NCBI GenBank assembly: GCA_051362555.1
Contig: CM120642.1
Location: forward strand, 11,036,001 to 11,100,000
Direction of reading: 5' to 3'
Length of the DNA: 64,000 nt
DNA from: Lingula anatina
Lineage: Eukaryota > Animalia > Brachiopoda
Shown here: positions 59,301 to 64,000 of the stretch, one piece after another
How the letters are laid out: every line of letters begins with the position of its first letter
Numbering within the stretch: position 1 is the stretch's first letter
Program-made: the position numbers and the translations under genes
Notes under the pieces: model-generated
What the model was told of the DNA's origin: nothing
Databases searched by the model: none
What the model saw: the letters and a program-made list of their open reading frames with translations, nothing else

Positions 59301-62300
59301 CTTAAAATTTTCTCTTGTAACTTTATCTTTCAGAATGACGTACATTACTTATATTCATTGAAATATACTTTATACCCAGTTATCTTTTTCAGCTGAAAAT
59401 ATGTAGGGAAATGTTAATTCTTTCAGTCAGTTACATTAGGAACACTGTAATTGTTATCTGACATTTGTGATTTTGGATTTAACTTTTTAGCACAGGACCA
59501 TATTCACACACATTATATTCAAACCAATCTGGTTGTACTGTCTTTGATGAAGGAGATCTTGTTTTTGAACTTCAGAATATGCCATTTAAAACCAGGTCTT
59601 ACCAATATGTTTGTATGAAAGATGCTAAATATTTTTGGACATGTATTTATTTTTTTATAAGTACATAAATGTTTTTCCAGGTTGTTGCATTTTTTGTTGT
59701 GCAGCAAGAAACGAGAGAAAGTATTGCTGAAGCTCTTACCATAATCAGAAATAGGACTCCAGAAGTGATACCCGAGTATGGAATGGTTGATTTTGCTTCT
59801 GAGGAAATTTTAGCCTTGGAAGATGTATATTTAGGTAATGATAAATGCATATTGCAGAAAATTATTTGAATATTATTGATAAATTTTTACAGAATAAGTA
59901 TGCACATTTTATATTTTACTCAGCCTTAAGATATATCCACATCCACACTTGCCTTTTCTTACTTTAGGTATCCAGGTGTATCTGTGTGATTTCCATAGAG
60001 AACAAGCCTGGGTGCGATGGCTGAACAAAGGGTCCAATGGCGTGGCAGCCAATCCAGATAATGTGGAAGGAGTAAAAAAACATTTGAGAAAAATGGCTAC
60101 TGCTTGTACTGAGGAGGAATTGAAGAGTGCTGTCAATGCACTTCATTCCAGTAAAGTTTACCAGTCCAACAGTAAGCTTCAGCACTGGCTTAGCAAAATA
60201 TGGATGCCAGAGATAAAAGTAATTTTATTGTATTTTGTTATTTGTTTTATTACAGTTGGTGTCTGATATCATGCCCAAGTACCAGTTTGGCTACAGGACA
60301 GGCCTAAATTCATATTTGAAGACATCTGGCAGAAGATGCAACTAATAAACCCAAAACAGGTGACTTTAGAACAGCATTTGAATGCTTTGTTTGTACAAAT
60401 GACAAGAGTCAGGAAGTGGATATGATTAATGGTTACATAATTACTTTTACCTTAATTGGGAGGGGGATTAAATCTGAACGAAGGTGATTTAAGGTTAAGA
60501 CTGTTAGCCATGAAATAAATTTTCTTTGGCTAAAAAACAATATTAGTCCCTGTTTTCTATTTTTTTACTAATTTTTCTGATAAACATTTTTTGGTAATAA
60601 TCACTTTGTAGATTATTTCAAAGTAGCCTTCAATGGATGTTACAAAGTCTGATGGCAAGCACAGATTTCATAATAAATAGAAGATGTATTTCTATGAGTT
60701 GTTTATAATGTTTTTATTGTGAAATATGAAGAGTTGTTATCTCATTAACTCTAAGATTTGTAAAATATGTCTGTACATTCTAGGTGTCATCTGTTACAAT
60801 GATAAAAGATGGAGAGTTCACAATTGCCAGTGAGCAGGACAGCTCAAAACTTTATACTGTCAGGTTGGGTACTGACAGTGAATGCTGCTCATGCACCTGC
60901 CCTAGTTTCCAGCATTCCAGGATGCTCTGCAAACATTTTTTTGCGGTGTTTGCTGGAAAACTAGGGTACGGGTGGCATGACATCAGCAGCATTTACAGAG
61001 ACCACCCTGTATTGAATCTTGACTGGGAACTGATCAACGCCACCAATCTCCAAGAGCTGCCCCTGGCACATGAGTCTTCTGAGGACAACAACTTTGACAC
61101 TGCTGTTGATGAAAATGAGCTGTCTTTCAATTTGCCATTGCGACGCAGTACATTGAAGAACACCTTGATATCTGCAAGATCGATTTTGAAGCAAATGGTG
61201 GATCTGTCCTACAAGATCGACAAGAAGGTCCCCACAGAGAAGTTGTCCACATGGGTGTCCTCGCTGGAGAAGTGCCTGAGTGAGGTGTCAGAAATGGTGA
61301 AGAGGGATGGGGGGCTAGTTTTGGAGGCTTCCCCTCTTAAACCACCACCAAAAAAAAAGCTTAAAAGGTCCACTGGATCCAGTCTTGCCTCTCTACCGAA
61401 ACATCCAGCTAAACATCCAGCAAGCAACAGAGTGGGCAAAAAGGCAGAATGCCTGAGATCCCTCTTAAAACCGAAATTAAAGAGGGCTTCAAAAGGAGAG
61501 GTGCCACTGCCTTCCTGTATGGCTACAGCAGAACAGAAAGTCCTTGTAACACCACAGAACACTGAAGCCAAGTCAGGTATATACAAGATATCATAAAGGT
61601 TTTTATTACTAAAATTAAGTATCTGGACATATGTTAAATCACCTTTTATTTGTCCCAAACTTGCATTTGCTGAAACTAGTCAGTATTTTTAGTGAAATTG
61701 TATTACCACTTCTTCAGTGACACAATAGGAAAACTACCTTTCAAATTGGTATTCATTTGAATTCATTGTAATAGGATTTCACTGTATGAGAATGGAGGTG
61801 CACATTTGTCTGGCATGGGTTATGATATGGTTTCCATTCAATTGTATATCAGTGAAATAATCTCAAAGGCAATTTTATTTCTACAATACTTGCAGATACT
61901 AACACATTAATGGGCAGACTGGGAATTTCTGTCCCCACCATTTGGCCAAACCTTTATAATGGAGGGAGAATAACCATTGGTAACGAATGGGTTGATGACA
62001 GAGATATGCAAACTTTACAAGGCAGCCAGTGGCTGAATGACAAAGTAAGTACTCAACAATTAAACAAATTTAGGAATAATTAAGGGATAGTTTCAACAGT
62101 TAAAATGATTTATGATATGTCTATTACCTTGACAGTAGTAATTTCCATCAATTAGATGTATATATTCTCTTTATGTACAACCAGATATTTTTATTTTTTT
62201 TTAAAATATCAAATTTATACATTGGATACACAGTGTGTGCTTGCTCTGATCCTGTGAGTCAAGGTTTAAATGTATATATGAAGTGGGTCAATTTATTTTG

Positions 62301-63612
62301 TAGGTCATCAATGCTTATATGAATGTCATCAAAGAAAAGCATGAAGGTATTTTCACAATACCCTCCTATGCAGCTGTCCTTTGGGACCAAGGGCGCTTCA
62401 ATCAATACCTGTTTCCACATGTAGGTGAAGATTTCACACTAGTCATTTAGTGCATTTATTTTAAAGATAAAAAATGTACCCATGGTTTCAGTGTTGCTGC
62501 CACTGTGATAATATTAAAGTCAAGGCTGATTTGTAGCCAAGGCATTTAGAAAACAGTTTCCAACTTGCATCCATCTTATTCTAACCTTCAGCCAATCAAA
62601 TAATTTCAGGATGTTGAAAAGGCATACAGTATACACTTGTTCTTCATATGAAAGTAATAATAGTCTATGTTAAATATGTCATGAGTAATACATGTTAAAC
62701 GGCTATATCAAAATGTTTCTTGCTTGCTCTTTGCGCAATATTACTGTTAATTAGTTTTTCAATTACATTCAGGTGAAATTCTCTGAATACAGATGGGTTT
62801 TCCTACCTATTTGTGTGCAACATCACTGGGTGTTGCTTGCAGCTCACATACAGACTCGCACTGTTGTTGTACTTGATTCCCTTTATGACGGCAGATTTGA
62901 CCACTACATTGATAAATGGAGGTAAGCTTCTTACACATACATGTATAAGTACATAAATGTATCAGAATACCAAAAGCAGTTAAATGCATTTCCCAGATTC
63001 TATCAAAAATGGCATGATTTTACAGAACCACACTGTTGACATATAGTTATTTGTTTGCAGGTACATTAATGGATTCAATTATTAGTTTGGAATTTAAAAA
63101 CAGATTTGTGTTCAATACATACCTATATTATTTTCTTTGAATTTTAAGAACATACATGAAGATCAGAGGGGAAGATAACCAGAATTGGACCAAAGGGCAA
63201 ATGAAGTCCTCAAAACAAAATGATGGACATAGCTGTGGTCTCTTTGTTTTACTTGTGAGTTACTTTTGGACTGTTTCATGAAAATTATATTGATAATTGC
63301 ATTTTTAGACGACTGGAATTGTATGAAGGAAATATATAAATACCACCTATTTTCTTTCCTTAAGGAATTTAACTAGATTAAAAGAATTACTATTAAACAA
63401 CTGAGAAGTAATGGTTATTGACTGCTCAATATTCTCATTATGCTGCATTTCTTATTGAAATTATTTTATAATGTTGAATACTTTAAATTAACTCTTTTCA
63501 GAATGCCCTCACCCTATCCAAGAATATGGACTTAAAGTCAGAAAGTATCAACAGCAGTGACACTGCTAACATGAGGAAGCATGTCCAGCAAGCTTTCCTT
63601 CAAAGACTCTGA
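56328..63612 (+). CDS. Mutator-like (MULE) transposase-derived gene: CaRF/ALS2CR8-like domain + partial DDE core + SWIM zinc finger + Ulp1/SENP (peptidase C48) domain; 15 in-frame exons, ~984 aa
   Basis: Exons 56328-56442, 56816-57000, 57158-57268, 57557-57703, 57929-58092, 58400-58676, 58888-59013, 59681-59834, 59968-60218, 60784-61576, 61896-62044, 62304-62420, 62773-62921, 63149-63254 and 63502-63612 join in phase. Motifs: YDGIPF..CQNG, KKMGCKARIEIKKIAKFPDF, HQYH (CaRF-like); LLDATYRTCRYALPLFFLVV, MVDFASEE, YLCDFHREQAW (MULE D, D, CxxH); CSCTCPSFQHSRMLCKH (SWIM); WLNDKVIN, HHW, LDSL, QNDGHSCG (C48). Confidence 0.85.
60256..60359 (+). pseudogene. Damaged (deleted/frameshifted) remnant exon of the MULE gene
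   Basis: 104 nt lying only 37 nt after the donor at 60219. It reads LVSDIMP in one frame, then VPVWLQDRPKFIFEDIWQKMQLINPKQ|gt in another frame. The expected TNNxxE segment is absent. Confidence 0.6.
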
Positions 63613-63777
63613 TCCAGTTCAGTTACTATGTACAGACACAGATGTATCTGTGCATATAGCTGTCACCTTGCTTTATTATACCTCAAACACCAGCATTATC
63701 AACTTTGACTTAACTCCCATCCACCTGAAGCCATGTACATTTTCTGCATTGGTTTATGCAATAATTAATGCTGTTAA

Positions 63778-63987
63778 GGGCCCCTTTACAATGGACGGTG
63801 TCCTTTCTGCGTCCAGCAGTACGGATTCATTTGAGAGTTAAAAAATTAATAATTTACGTGCTGACAACTGACCGATCATTGAGCATTCAATCTGATACAA
63901 AATCAATGGTCGTGTCTCCTTATTAAGACCACAGTGATGCCAAATTTCATGGTCGCAGAAAGGACGCCGTCCAGTGTAAAGGGGGTA
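63778..63987. mobile_element. PIF/Harbinger-like MITE, ~210 bp
   Basis: cccctttacaatggacggtgtcct (63781-63804) versus aggacgccgtccagtgtaaagggg (63961-63984): 22/24 inverted match. TAA on both flanks (63775-63777, 63988-63990). Confidence 0.82.
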
Positions 63988-64000
63988 TAAACATTATGTT

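Noticed and set aside
56328-63612. Calling the gene CARF, a host SENP, or a Zisupton element
   Set aside because: The CaRF-like part is followed by MULE DD/CxxH motifs that host CARF lacks. Host SENPs lack transposase domains. No Zisupton-type KDZ/CxC/SAP motifs are seen.

Overview
Intron-rich, AT-rich animal genomic DNA; the repeat content suggests a mollusc or other lophotrochozoan (inference). I assembled three + strand spliced genes by hand from GT-AG junctions. (1) A 4-exon SUMO2/3-type gene (759-2923) whose ORF ends directly at QQQTGG-stop. (2) A complete ~48 kb, roughly 85-exon MYCBP2/Highwire/RPM-1 (PHR family) RING-Cys-relay E3 ligase gene (5730-53668), with a block of frame-preserving candidate cassette exons in its disordered middle. 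(3) A 15-exon Mutator-like (MULE) transposase-derived gene (56328-63612) with a CaRF-like N-terminal domain, a partial DDE core, a SWIM finger and an intact Ulp1/SENP (C48) protease. Its segment carrying the catalytic Glu appears deleted, yet the ORF stays open if the damaged exon is skipped. Non-coding DNA holds a non-autonomous Helentron-like element carrying a 146-bp satellite array with a 292-bp dimer pattern, three MITEs, microsatellites and several short duplications of exon boundaries. Most ORF-track entries are exon fragments or antisense/microsatellite artefacts. No database searches were run, so family calls rest on recognised motifs.
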